Shown piece after piece: positions 1 through 11,049 of a stretch of DNA of 64,000 bases. The first letter of the stretch is position 1; the number at the start of each line of letters is the position of its first letter. This stretch comes from Octopus vulgaris (taxonomy: Eukaryota), in contig OX597831.1 of assembly GCA_951406725.2 (NCBI GenBank), positions 25,234,001 through 25,298,000 on the forward strand. Reading direction: 5' to 3'. The notes beneath the pieces were generated by a model that saw only the letters and a program-made list of their open reading frames with translations, did no database searches and was not told the origin of the DNA. Position numbers and translations under genes: made by a program.

Positions 1-1071
1 CCTCTTTGAGTTAATAATAGTAGCTTCTCTGAAACTGTACGTGCCATCATTAATGACTTATTCTGAAATGATAAATCGATTCAAAAAATGCTGCTGCTGT
101 TGTTGTTATTGTTGTTGTTGCAAGTGTTAGAGCGTTGGGAAAATTACTTTGTGATATTTTACATTCTGTGTTCAATTCCTGCTGAGATTCATACCTCTCA
201 TGTCGATGAAATAAAGTACTGGTCAAGTTCCTAAGATCAATGTAATTGACAAACCTATTCTCCTCCAAAGTGCTGGTCTTCTACCTTAATTTGAAACCAC
301 AATTATCATCTAGTCAGAGAAGCTAAAGAATGAATTTTAAGAAATTGTGGACAGTTTCCACTTCTCACTTGCAAAGTTTCTCATATTCCAACAGAACAGA
401 AAGAAAATGACAAAAATTACCATTTTCATTATATTTGTGAGCCCTACATAAAAAAAATGGCAAGTCAGTTGGAAGCAATTGTGGTTGTAAGTCGATGACA
501 CCCTCTGTGTGTGTGTATATATATATAGTAATATTAACAATAATCTTTAGATGGAGTTTATAAGCATTTTATGCATGGAAACAAGTGTTTCCACAAATCC
601 CATCTCTGGTCCACAGTTCATGTTGTTGGGATGATTACAATGTTGTCTGTAGTATCTATAGGCATTGGGTATATCATCTTCATGGCTTCATTTCTTCAGT
701 GAAGAAATGAATCCAGATCCATATGGACTGTGATCTTAAGAGACATGAGATTTGTGTAAATGCAGATAACAGTGCATTAAAATATTTATAAATTCCATCC
801 AAGGATTATTGTTACTGTTGCTATATTTATTCTACATTATATTGGTACAGCTAGGTGCAACCCAAAAAACTGGTCCACCAGTCAGCATCATAGAATTGTG
901 GTCGGCATAATGGAATAACTGCTTTATTTGCATATTCAAAATGTTTCCCATAAACAAATTTAAATGATACATATATATATATAATAATATTATTAGGGAA
1001 TAAATCCAAACTTACAGGGGAAAATTTGATTTAGGATTAAATCCAATTTTATAGTATAAATATATTATATT

Positions 1072-1137
1072 ATATTATATTAAATTAGAGATAAAACCAC
1101 TATTGATTTGCCTAATAGTGGTTTTATCTCTAATTTA

Positions 1138-1146
<9 letters not shown>
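1072..1146. repeat. Palindrome (33-bp arms, 9-nt loop) inside a small element embedded in (TA)n
   Basis: ATATTATATTAAATTAGAGATAAAACCACTATT-gatttgcct-AATAGTGGTTTTATCTCTAATTTAATATAATAT. Confidence 0.85.
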
Positions 1147-1186
<40 letters not shown>

Positions 1187-1377
1187 AAAGTTAGTAGTTA
1201 ATTAAGCGTATGGTATACACTGGTAGTTTGCCTGTAAATCACGTTCACTGCCTATGGCTATCTGAAGACATCCATGGTATAATTATCATAAATGTCGCTG
1301 GATCTATTGCAGGAATTCCTCTGCATTCGTCAGATATGTAATTAATGAGAGGGACAGAAGAGGGAATATACGAGAAT

Positions 1378-1503
1378 TTTTATTGATCACTATAATCATT
1401 TTGAACCATCTGCACTGTGCAATGCACCTCAACCAGTTGTACAGTATGCCAACCATGAAGTATAGATGCTGGATGGGTCGAAACAATTGTAGTGATCAAT
1501 AAA
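1378..1503. mobile_element. Inverted-repeat remnant, probably Penelope-like (PLE) terminal repeat, with 3' half of a hammerhead-like motif
   Basis: TTTATTGATCACTATAATCATTTTGAACCATC is the degenerate reverse complement of GATGGGTCGAAACAATTGTAGTGATCAATAAA; GAAA is followed by palindromic ACAATTGT. Confidence 0.5.
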
Positions 1504-1566
1504 CATCCTTGTCTATTCCATCTTCCATCTCTCTCATTAATTATGTGTGTGTGTATGTGTGTGTAT

Positions 1567-1605
<39 letters not shown>

Positions 1606-1611
1606 AACACA

Positions 1612-1963
1612 TGATCATTACTAGCGTCACCTTACTGGCACTTATGCCGGTGGCATGTGAAAAAAATATTTCAGCAACGTTGTTGCCAGTGCCACTGGAC
1701 TGGCTCCTGTGTAGGTGGCACATAAAAAACACCATTTGAGCATGGCCATTGCCAGTACTGCCCGACTGGCCCTCATGCCAGTGGCACGTAAAAGCATCCA
1801 CTACACTCTCGGAGTGGTTGGCGTTAGGAAGGGCATCCAGCTGTAGAAACTCTGCCAGATCAGATTGGAGCCTGGTGCAGCCATCTGGTTTGCCAGTCCT
1901 CTGTCAAATCGTCCATAACATGTGAGCATGGAAAGTGACATTAAATGATGATGATGATGATGA
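1612..1963 (+). mobile_element. Family E: LINE 3'-tail derived repeat ending in (GAT)n
   Basis: GTGGTTGGCGTTAGGAAGGGCATCCAGC...GCATGGAAAG..(GAT)n; the same sequence follows the RT remnant at 15740-16400. Confidence 0.8.
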
Positions 1964-1993
1964 CATACTTATAGGCACATATACATACATATA

Positions 1994-2098
<105 letters not shown>

Positions 2099-2371
2099 GT
2101 ATGTATATATACACATATAGATGCATATATACATACATATACATATATACATGCACACGCACACACACACATAAAGTGGCTACTACACAATTTTTACCTG
2201 CTTAATTTCTCTGACCAGGGCATTGGTCAGCTCAAGCTTCCTGTACAAGACACTTATTCAAGGACACATAATTGCAAAACAGGCTTCTTAACCACATAAC
2301 CATGGCTTCTTCAACTTGAGCGAACAGCTCCTGTATTGCAACTCCATTTTGTCACCGGTAATATTGTCAAA

Positions 2372-2975
2372 AAGCTGCAAGCTGGCAGAAACGTTAGCAC
2401 GCCGGGTGAAATGCTTAGCGGTACATCGTCTGCGTTACGTTGTGAGTTCAAATTCCACCGAGGTCGAATTTGCCTTTCATCCTTTCGGGGTCGATAAATT
2501 AAGTACCAGTTACGCACTGGGGTTGTTGTAATCGACTTAATACCTATGTCTGTCCTTGTTTGTCCCCTCTGTGTTTAGCCCCTTGTGGGTAATAAAGAAA
2601 TAGGTATTTCGTCTGCCTGCTACGTTCTGAGTTCAAATTCCACCGAGGTCGACTTTTCCTTTCATACAATTCGGGGTCAATAAAGTACCAGTACCAGTTA
2701 CGCACTTGGGTCGATGTAATCGACTTAATACCTATGTCTGTCCTTGTTTGTCCCTCTGTGTTTAGCCCCTTGTGGGTAATAAAGAAATAGGTCTTTCGTC
2801 GGCTGCTACGTTCTGAGTTCAAATTCCACCGAGGTCAACTTTTCCTTTCATCCTTTCGGGGTCGATAAAGTACCAGTACCAGTTACGCATTGGGGTCGAT
2901 GTAATCGACTTAATACCTATGTCTGTCCTTGTTTGTCCCCTCTGTGTTTAGCCCCTTGTGGGTAATAAAGAAATA
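2372..2975 (+). mobile_element. Family B tRNA-derived SINE, head-to-tail trimer
   Basis: Head GCTGGCAGAAACGTTAGC, B-box GAGTTCAAATTCC, three ~180-bp units; 15-bp TSD GGTAATATTGTCAAA at 2357-2371 and 2976-2990. Confidence 0.9.
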
Positions 2976-3623
2976 GGTAATATTGTCAAATGACACAAAC
3001 TAGCAATGCAACTATTTGGTGGTATAGCTGTTTGGCGAAATGCTGCATAATGTTGCATAATGCTGCACAATGTTGCACAGAAATTAGTTGCTGATTCAGC
3101 TATATTGGTATCTTCTCTGTGACTGATTGCTTAACCATTTGTGCTGTCTATGCGTTCACAACCGCACAAGTGTATGCGCATAGGAGCATGTGCCTCATCG
3201 TAAGTATGAATGCATCTATGTGCACAAATACATACATACACTGGTAAATATATGCATATGTCTGTGTGTGTACATTTGTGTGTGTGTGTGTGTGTACATG
3301 CATATTTGGGTGTATATGCACTTGTGTAATTATGTGGATGTAAGCATTATTATTGTATATACTACCTCCGTATATGTGTATATAATTCTGTTGTTTCCCT
3401 AGCTTTCTTCTTTCTCTCTCAATCTTCTATCTTTCTAAATATATACATACACACACACACTCACTCGCATACACACATAAACATGCACTGCACTACACAC
3501 ACACACACACACACATTCACAAACTATCTCTCTACTAATCTATGTCTATCTGTCTGTCTGTCTGTCTGTTTATCTATTATCAAACCCATGCCAGCATGGA
3601 AAGAGGATATAACTTCATAATGT

Positions 3624-3679
<56 letters not shown>

Positions 3680-4095
3680 GTAAAGACTATTTGCCAACAT
3701 AAGTGGCTGTCCTGGATGGGACGTTTGTTACTGTTGTTTAGCCCCAGGAAACATCGTTCTCACTTGGCTATATGACACAATATCTGCGTTCTTATATTTT
3801 CAAACAGGGATTCCTGTTGGCAAATAGACTTTACTTCAAAGAACTGTTCCTGAATATCTCTCTTTGAGAGATTTAGAAATAATAATGTTTCTACTTATAT
3901 ATATATATCATTAGTGGATCATATATCCAAAAAAGAAACACTCTAAAGCGTAGAACAGGAATGTATTTATTTACATTATTTACATTTGACGGATATTTAT
4001 CTGATATACCCTCCAGCCTTCATCAGGCATATGGCATAGTGGTTAAGAGCGTAGGCTACTAACCCCAAGATTCCGAGTTTGATTCCAGGCAGTGA

Positions 4096-4173
<78 letters not shown>

Positions 4174-4264
4174 TAATAATAATAACAATAATAATAATAA
4201 TAATAATTATAATAACATTGAAAAATACCTTAGGAATGAGAATCCAGGTTCGAAATTTCCCCAA

Positions 4265-4310
4265 GACACCTGATGAAGGCTGGTGGGTATATCAGCTGAA
4301 ACGTTGTGTT
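4265..4310 (+). ncRNA. Minimal type I hammerhead ribozyme motif
   Basis: Stem I GACAC/GTGTT, core CTGATGA, stem II GGCTG/CAGCT, GAAA, minimal palindromic stem III ACGT. Confidence 0.7.
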
Positions 4311-4347
4311 AACAACAAATAAGATGAGGACAAATATCTGTCAAATA

Positions 4348-4583
4348 GGAGGCGCAATGGCCTAGTTGTTAGGGCAGCGGACTTGCGGTCAGAGGATCGC
4401 GGTTTCGATTCCCAGACCGGGTGTTGTATGTGTTTATTGAGCGAAAAACACCTAAAAGCTCCACGAGGCTCCAGCAGGAGGTGGTGATCCCTGCTGTACT
4501 CTTTCACCACTCTAAAGGCGGTGCTCCAGCATGGCCGCAGTCAAATGACTGAAACAAGTACAAAAAAAAAAAAAAAAAAAAAA
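4348..4583 (+). mobile_element. Chimeric SINE: family C 5' half + family A 3' tail + poly(A)
   Basis: GGAGGCGCAATGGCCTAG...CTTTCACCAC joined to TAAAGGCGGTGCTCCAGCATGGCCGCAGTCAAATGACTGAAACAAGTA and an A run of ~21 nt. Confidence 0.8.
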
Positions 4584-4810
4584 TGTGAATAATGTAAATA
4601 ATGTACATAATTCCTCATCTCTTAAATATAGAACAGTATTAGGAATGTATTTATAATGCAGTTAAATATATGTCCAGTCATAGATTGACCAATGGTTTCA
4701 CATCCATAAAGTGCTTACCTTTATAGACAACTCATCAGTCTCTAATGGCAGAGAGTAGAGACAGACAGATAGATAGATAAATCATATGCATGTTCATTTA
4801 TATACGCTTG

Positions 4811-5025
4811 TACTCTTTCATTTGTTTCAGTCATTTGACTGTGGCCATGCTGGAGCACGGCCTTTAGTTGAGCAAATCAACCCCAGGACTTATTCTTTTG
4901 AAGCCTAGTACTTATTCTATCGGTCTCTTTTGCCGAACTGCTAAGTTACGGGGATGTAAACACACCAGCATCGGTTGACAAGCGATGTTGGGAGGACAAA
5001 CACAGACACAAAAACATACACACAC

Positions 5026-5056
<31 letters not shown>

Positions 5057-5229
5057 CATATATACGACGGGCTTCTTTCAGTTTCTGTCTACCAAATCCA
5101 CTCACAAGGCTTTGGTCGGCCCGAGGCTATAGAAGAAGACAATTGCCCAAGGTGCCACACAGTGGGAATGAACCTGAAACCATGTGGTTTCGTAAGTAAG
5201 CTACTTACCACACAGCCACTCCTGCGCTT
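4811..5229 (-). mobile_element. Family A tRNA-derived SINE (CORE-like segment, internal TA/TG microsatellite)
   Basis: Reverse complement of the 9665-10090 copy; GGTGCTCCAGCATGGCC tail motif and GCACCTTGGGCAA CORE-like motif. Confidence 0.9.
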
Positions 5230-6478
5230 GTGTTTATCTTGCTTTTGCTGGTGCTGTATGGTGTAAGCATGATGATAAAGGAAGGATTATACGAACCTAT
5301 TCAATTTGGTACATGTAAAAGTACAACAGCAACAACAACAACAACAACAACAACAGCTGAATTAGCTCATTTGCTCATCCTTCGTATATATATATAGGAA
5401 GAATCCAGAAATGATAATAGCAAAATAGCAGCAGCAGCAGCAACAACAACAACAACAATAATAACAGCAACCACTTGAAGACAAAGATGCAAAAGATGGA
5501 AGTAAAACTACGACAATCTAAAAGTGGGGGGTGGGCCATGCCACGCCCTTTGTTGGCTCTTCTTTCCTTCCTGTTCCAGTGACCTTAATGTCTCTTAGGA
5601 AAAGGAATTGATCATAGGTGGTGATAGGGTGGGGCAGCGAGGAAGTGTATCGAATTGGTTGGTCAGTGGAGTGGAGGAGGAGCGGGAATGGGGTGGGGGT
5701 GGGGGAGATAAAGAAAGTATTATTGATTTATTGATCACTGATAGATTGTTGTGACAGCAATAATACCTTCTGGCACGTTTCTTTCCATCTCTCTCTCTCT
5801 CTTTTTCTCTCTGAAGATGCGGGTTGATCATAGTAACAATTATGATGATGATGATGATGATGATGATGATTATGATCATTATTACGATCATATTCATCAT
5901 CATCATCATCATCATCGTCATTATTGCTATCGTCTGATCTTGACAAAAGTTAGAGTAACAATAAAAAAGGCTTCGATTAATAGTTGGACGACGACAACAA
6001 CAACAAAAAGCAATATGTGAACGAGACGGAGACAGAATAAATAAATTATTGAGAAAAATTAGCGCAATTAAAACTACATGCAATGTGAAAAAAAACAAAA
6101 AAAACAACTGCAAGAGCAATAACAAAAATCAATTGTATTATTGGAAAAGAAGCATTGCAATATTAACAACATCAACAACAATAACACAGGCTAGTAAATG
6201 TGGAAAGCATGAATGCTGTCGTCGTATGAGATGATATCAACAGCAATAACAGTAACTCTGATGTTGGCTGTTCATATAACGTCCACCAGCGAAAAGAACC
6301 TGCCACCGCTACTTGCACGTCAAACACCACCGATACTAACACTACTACTAATAACAAGCACCAAAACTAACAATCATAATCAGCAAATAAAAATTGAAAT
6401 AGCAACAAAATCTCCCTCAAATCACAACCTGCTATCTTCAGCAAAGATACATTTGATATATATATATATATATATATA

Positions 6479-6854
6479 TCTATATATAAACGGCAGTTTG
6501 TCTGTGTGTGTGTCTGTGTGTGTGTCTGTGTGTCTGTTAGGTTGTACCCTCACCCTGACCATGGCTTTCAACCAATTCTGATGAAACTTGACACACACAT
6601 AGCCCAATGTCATAATTCAAAACTAACGCAGCGAAAATTTTGAAAAGTCCCCCCAGTTCTGAAAAAAATCGATAAATTCGACATGGGGTCGAGAATCAGA
6701 AACACAAACCACAGACTGTCTAGGGGACGCAACTCGACCTTTTAACTCTCAAAATTTACCATCATTTTTTTTCCATTTTTTGGTTATAACTCTCTAAAAA
6801 TGCTTTGTAGTTATTTCCCTTACAAACCCGAGCAACGCCAGGTGATACTGCTAG
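6479..6854 (+). mobile_element. Non-autonomous Helitron
   Basis: 5' TC(TATATATAAA), subterminal hairpin CCCGAGCAACGCCAGG, 3' CTAG, inserted between A and T; 3' end shared with 61709-62105. Confidence 0.8.
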
Positions 6855-6871
6855 TATATATATAAATAAAT

Positions 6872-7110
6872 GTGCCCTTTTAAAGCCTAGCCAGGCTCAT
6901 GGGCCCGGTTTCCCTGTTTCTATGGCGTATGTGTTCCCCAACTGGATGGGACGCCAGCCCATCGCAGCATTACTCATTTTTGCCAGGTGAGTGGACTGGA
7001 GCAATGTGAAATGAAGCGTTTTGCTCAAGAACACAACGCGTTGGCCAGTCCAGGAATCGAAATCCCAATCTTACGATCATGATGCTGACACCCTAGCCAC
7101 GTGCCTCCAC
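6872..7110 (-). mobile_element. Family D-related tRNA-derived SINE
   Basis: TTGCTCAAGAACACAAC and GGAATCGAAATC (reverse B-box) motifs shared with 52347-52687. Confidence 0.75.
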
Positions 7111-7156
7111 ATATATATATATATATGTATATATATATATGTATATATATATATAT

Positions 7157-7400
7157 CAAAGAGTGGCTATATTTATATTGAATTGGTTTTACTATTATCA
7201 TTTCTTAAATATAGCCACGAAACACGTGTAGTCATTTAACCAAATATATACGTTTTATTTATTATTTTGCACATTACTTAATCATTGGTATATGTTTTTA
7301 TCTTATATTTAATTTTTACTATAGGATAAATTTTTTCTGTATGGTATAATTTAATTTTTTCATTGTTGAATTGATAAAAGGTGGTTTTTTTTCTAATTTA
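7157..7400 (+). mobile_element. PLE-like tail in (TA)n with 5'-damaged hammerhead motif
   Basis: 13-bp stem GTGGCTATATTTA/TAAATATAGCCAC, then GAAA, palindromic ACACGTGT and GTA; 5' core reads CAAAGA only. Confidence 0.5.
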
Positions 7401-7419
7401 TATATATATATATATGTCG

Positions 7420-7797
7420 TGGCACTCTGTCGGTTATGATGGTGAGGGTTCCAGGTGATGCGATCAACAGAACAGCCTGCCTGTAAAATTAACGTGCAAG
7501 TGGCTGAGCACTTCACAGACATGTGTACCCTTAACATAGTTCTTTGGGAGATTCGGCATGACACAGTATGTGAGAAGGCTGGCCCTTTGAAATACAGGTA
7601 CATGAGAAACAGGAAGTAAGAGTGAGAGAAAGTTGTGGTGAAAGAGTACAACAGGGTTTGCCACCATCCCCTGCCAGAGCCTCATGGAGCTTTAGGTATT
7701 TTCGCTCAATAAACACTCACAATACCCAGTCTGGTAATCAAAACCATGACCTTATGACTGCGAGTTTGCTACCCTAACCATTAGGCCATTGCACCTC

Positions 7798-7800
<3 letters not shown>
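7420..7800 (-). mobile_element. Family C tRNA-derived SINE, full length
   Basis: Reverse complement of the 26361-26748 copy. Confidence 0.85.
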
Positions 7801-7830
<30 letters not shown>

Positions 7831-7833
<3 letters not shown>

Positions 7834-8070
7834 TCATCATCATCATCATCGTCGTTTAACAGCCATTTTCCATGCTAGCATGGGTTGGATGGCTCAACCG
7901 GGGTCTGGGAAGCCAGGAGGCTGCACCATGCTCCAGTATGATCTGGTAGTGTTTCTACAGCGGGATGCCCTTCCTAACGCCAACCACTCCATGAGTGTAG
8001 TGGGTGCTTTTTACATGCCACCAGCACGAGGGCCAGAGGAGGCTCGCAATGGCCATGATCAGTTGGTGCT
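7831..8070 (-). mobile_element. Family E LINE 3'-tail repeat
   Basis: (CAT)n-CGTTTAAC...GGATGCCCTTCCTAACGCCAACCAC. Confidence 0.8.
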
Positions 8071-8513
8071 TTTTATATTCATGCTATTTGTTAGTTTAAT
8101 TAAGCCAATTACTCAAATTTTATATATGCACTGAAATTTATCAAATTTTAATGTTTTATTTTTTTATTGAGAACTGGAATTTTTTTAGCATCATTTATTA
8201 ACAGTTAATTATAATTCCATTAAATTATGCGAAAAATATTTCAAGGGGGTGGGCACTTTTGTTACTGTTGTTGCAGTCAAAGTGCTAATTGCTATTGTTA
8301 ATTATTTAATGTTTATGAATTTCCAGTAAATTTATTGTATTGCTTTTATTCGTTAATTTCTACCCAGTACTTCATATCTTTATGCCTTTCCCCTCTGCAG
8401 AAAATTATTTTAGTACCACCATCTATAATCAATTCTTTTTCCTAAGTCCCCTGTCTAGTCTGATAGAGAAAGATTTGACTGCTGTTTCTACTGAGTCAAG
8501 CAATTAAGTAGAG

Positions 8514-8658
8514 CAGGCATGGGCAACCTTCTTCAAGAAGCAGGCTGCATAAGGCATGACTCATTATCAGGTGGGCCTCACTACTAAAAAGTTCGGAGTG
8601 ATTCTTCATTAGGCATACCATTCAGAAAGTCTTGTGGTTCACAGGCTGCCCATTACTG
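8514..8658. mobile_element. hAT-type MITE
   Basis: TIRs CAGGCATGGGCAACCT / AGGCTGCCCATTACTG; 8-bp TSD AAGTAGAG (8506-8513) / ATGTAGAG (8659-8666). Confidence 0.75.
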
Positions 8659-9321
8659 ATGTAGAGAAATTATGATGAACATCTTTAGAACCTGTAAGAA
8701 CTTGTTGCAGGTGTGGAATCTATTCTGAGGAAAATATTAAATTTTTAATGTTACAAATTCATAGATATGAAACTTGTATTAAATATTAAACCCTTCTTCA
8801 TTTCTTATTTGGGATTTTAGAAATTTCCTCAATGATCAATTTTAAACTTGAATGTAGGGAAAATTTTACTCATGAGCAAAGAGTACCCTAACCATCCATG
8901 ATACAGTGTCTCAAATATAGGTATGTTTGGCTAGGTGACTGCACCAAAGTTGGTTGATTACATGCTAATTAATAATTTCACCAAATGTTAAATATAACCT
9001 TAACTAAATAGTAAAATTTAGGTTTTATTGATTAAGAAAAATAAGCTATAATTTTAACAGAAGGTCACATCAATGGCTTTCCACAATGGAATAAATAAGT
9101 AACTGAGTTAAAGCGAAACTGTTTCAACTCTGAATAGAAACTGCATCTCAAGCTTGACAGTTTGTGGGGTTTTTCTTGTTCTACAAGATTCTCTGGAGTT
9201 TTGTTCCATGCTGGGTGTTATAATATTAGATATTTTATTCCAGTTATTACAGCAATAACTCATTAGGAAAAAAAAACCCACTTAACTCTTAACCTCTTTC
9301 AGAATTTTATGTTGGTTTAAG

Positions 9322-9451
9322 AAATTATTTCTTAATGTGTTATGAAATAATTTTACATTTGTTTCTTTTTTCTTCTAATTTTAGGTAAGTCTGAAAACCC
9401 ACTCATTTTGCTTTGTCTTCATTGTAATTCATTAAAAGACCAAGGGTAAGT
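9322..9451 (+). promoter_or_regulatory. Candidate recursive splice site with 61-nt cryptic exon
   Basis: ~60-nt AG-free zone, pyrimidine tract, TTTAG|GTAAGT at 9384/9385, second donor AGG|GTAAGT at 9445/9446. Confidence 0.45.
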
Positions 9452-9664
9452 GTTTGTTACATATCTCTCAGTCAACAGCTCTCCCAGGCTTTTATTAACA
9501 TGTCTCATTTTCACGTATCAAAAGACTTCTATGACCCTTTTTTTAAGTACCTAAATTTAAAAAAAAAACAATTATCCAAAAATCCATACTTTAATATTTC
9601 ATACTTTGCTTGAGGAAATATTCCTGAGATTTTGTGAACAGTGAGTGGCTATGTGGGAAGTAGT

Positions 9665-10090
9665 AGGTGCAGCAGTGGCTGTGTGGTAAGTAGCTTGCTT
9701 ACCAACCGCATGGTTCTGGGTTCATTCCCGCTGCGTGGCACCTTGGGAAAGTGTTTTCTACTATAGCCTCGGGCCGACTGAAGCCTTGTGAGTGGATTTG
9801 GTAGACGGAAACTGAAAGAAGCCCGTCGTATATATGTATGTATATATATATATATGTGTGTATGTGTTTATCTCTGTGTGTCTGTGTTTGTCCCCCCAAC
9901 ATCGCTTGACAACCGATGCTGGTGTGTTTACTTCCCCGTAACTTAGCAGTTCGGCAAAAGAGACTGATAGAATAAGTACTAGGCTTAGAAAGAATGAGTC
10001 CTGGGGTTGATTTACTCAATTAAGGCAGTGCTCCAGCATGGCTGCAGTCAAATGACTGAAACGAGTAAAAGAGTAAAAGAGAGTAAAGAG
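9665..10090 (+). mobile_element. Family A SINE, full length
   Basis: AGTGGCTGTGTGGTAAG A-box region, GGTTCATTCCC B-box, internal (TA)n, (GAGTAAAA)n tail. Confidence 0.9.
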
Positions 10091-10460
10091 TGACTGTTCT
10101 GTTGTAACTATCAAAGCACTCTGTGGCTTATTTTATAACATAATAAAAACAAATAGTTTACAAATATGTTATCAAATAAGTCACAAGTGAGAAACTCTGT
10201 TGTGTCCCAGTGCAATAATTTACCTTGAGTCACTCACTGTTTACTGCAATGCTCCATATGGTCCCACAACACGCTATTGTTTTACTGCATGATGTATCCC
10301 CAAAGATTTGGCAGCCTGTATGTGGCTGCATAAACCTGCCAGAAATTGTAGCCACACATCTTTCAAATGATAGCATACTCTTTTTAAAAAAAAGTAGTTT
10401 CTTTTAAAGCTTGGAACTTATTCTATGGGTCACTTGCCAAACTTCGAAGTTACAAGAGGC

Positions 10461-10921
10461 AACCCTTTCGTTACTGTATTTATTTTAAGATGCTCTGTGT
10501 TTCTTTCAATTACTTTGAATATAACAAAGAATTTAGTAAAATAACTTAGTTATCATTCAGCTAGTGTTAGGAACATAAATTGTGACTAAGGTTTGGTGGA
10601 AGATTTTAATTCCAAACTTATGAAAACAAGACATTTGTAACTCGAGCCAGAGCCTATTTTCAGCTGAGTTGGTATTGAAAGGGTTAAATTAATCATTTGT
10701 TAACCCTTTTGTTATCATATTTCTGTTGAGATGCTCTGTGTTTCTTTCAATTGATTTTAAATATAGCAAAGGATTTAGTAAAATAACTTAGTTATGTTAT
10801 GTTAGGAACATTAATTGTGACTAAGGATTGGTGGAAGATTTTAACTCAAAACTTATGAAAACAAGACATTTGTACTCAGAGCTGGAGCCAATTTCAGCCA
10901 GGTTGGTAACGAAGGGGTTAA
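10461..10921. mobile_element. Two tandem piggyBac-type MITEs (10461-10687, 10700-10921)
   Basis: TTAA-CCCTT...AAGGG-TTAA termini (first copy lacks the left TT); same family as 59623-59847. Confidence 0.8.
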
Positions 10922-10964
10922 ACAAACCAATGGCAATTGTTAAGCTCTGCTGGTGGACAAGCAG

Positions 10965-11049
<85 letters not shown>

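Larger units (their letters stand above)
3960..4635 (+). mobile_element. tRNA-headed, (AAT)n-containing element with PLE-type hammerhead tail; inverted partial tail copy at 5' side; interrupted at 4348-4583
   Basis: A-box TGGCATAGTGG (4032-4042), B-box-like GTTTGATTCC (4077-4086), (AAT)n 4100-4214, hammerhead 4265-4310; 3965-4027 is the reverse complement of the tail with an internal deletion. Confidence 0.75.

Noticed and set aside
2372-2975. CRISPR-like regular repeats
   Set aside because: Eukaryotic SINE multimers with no unique spacers and no cas genes
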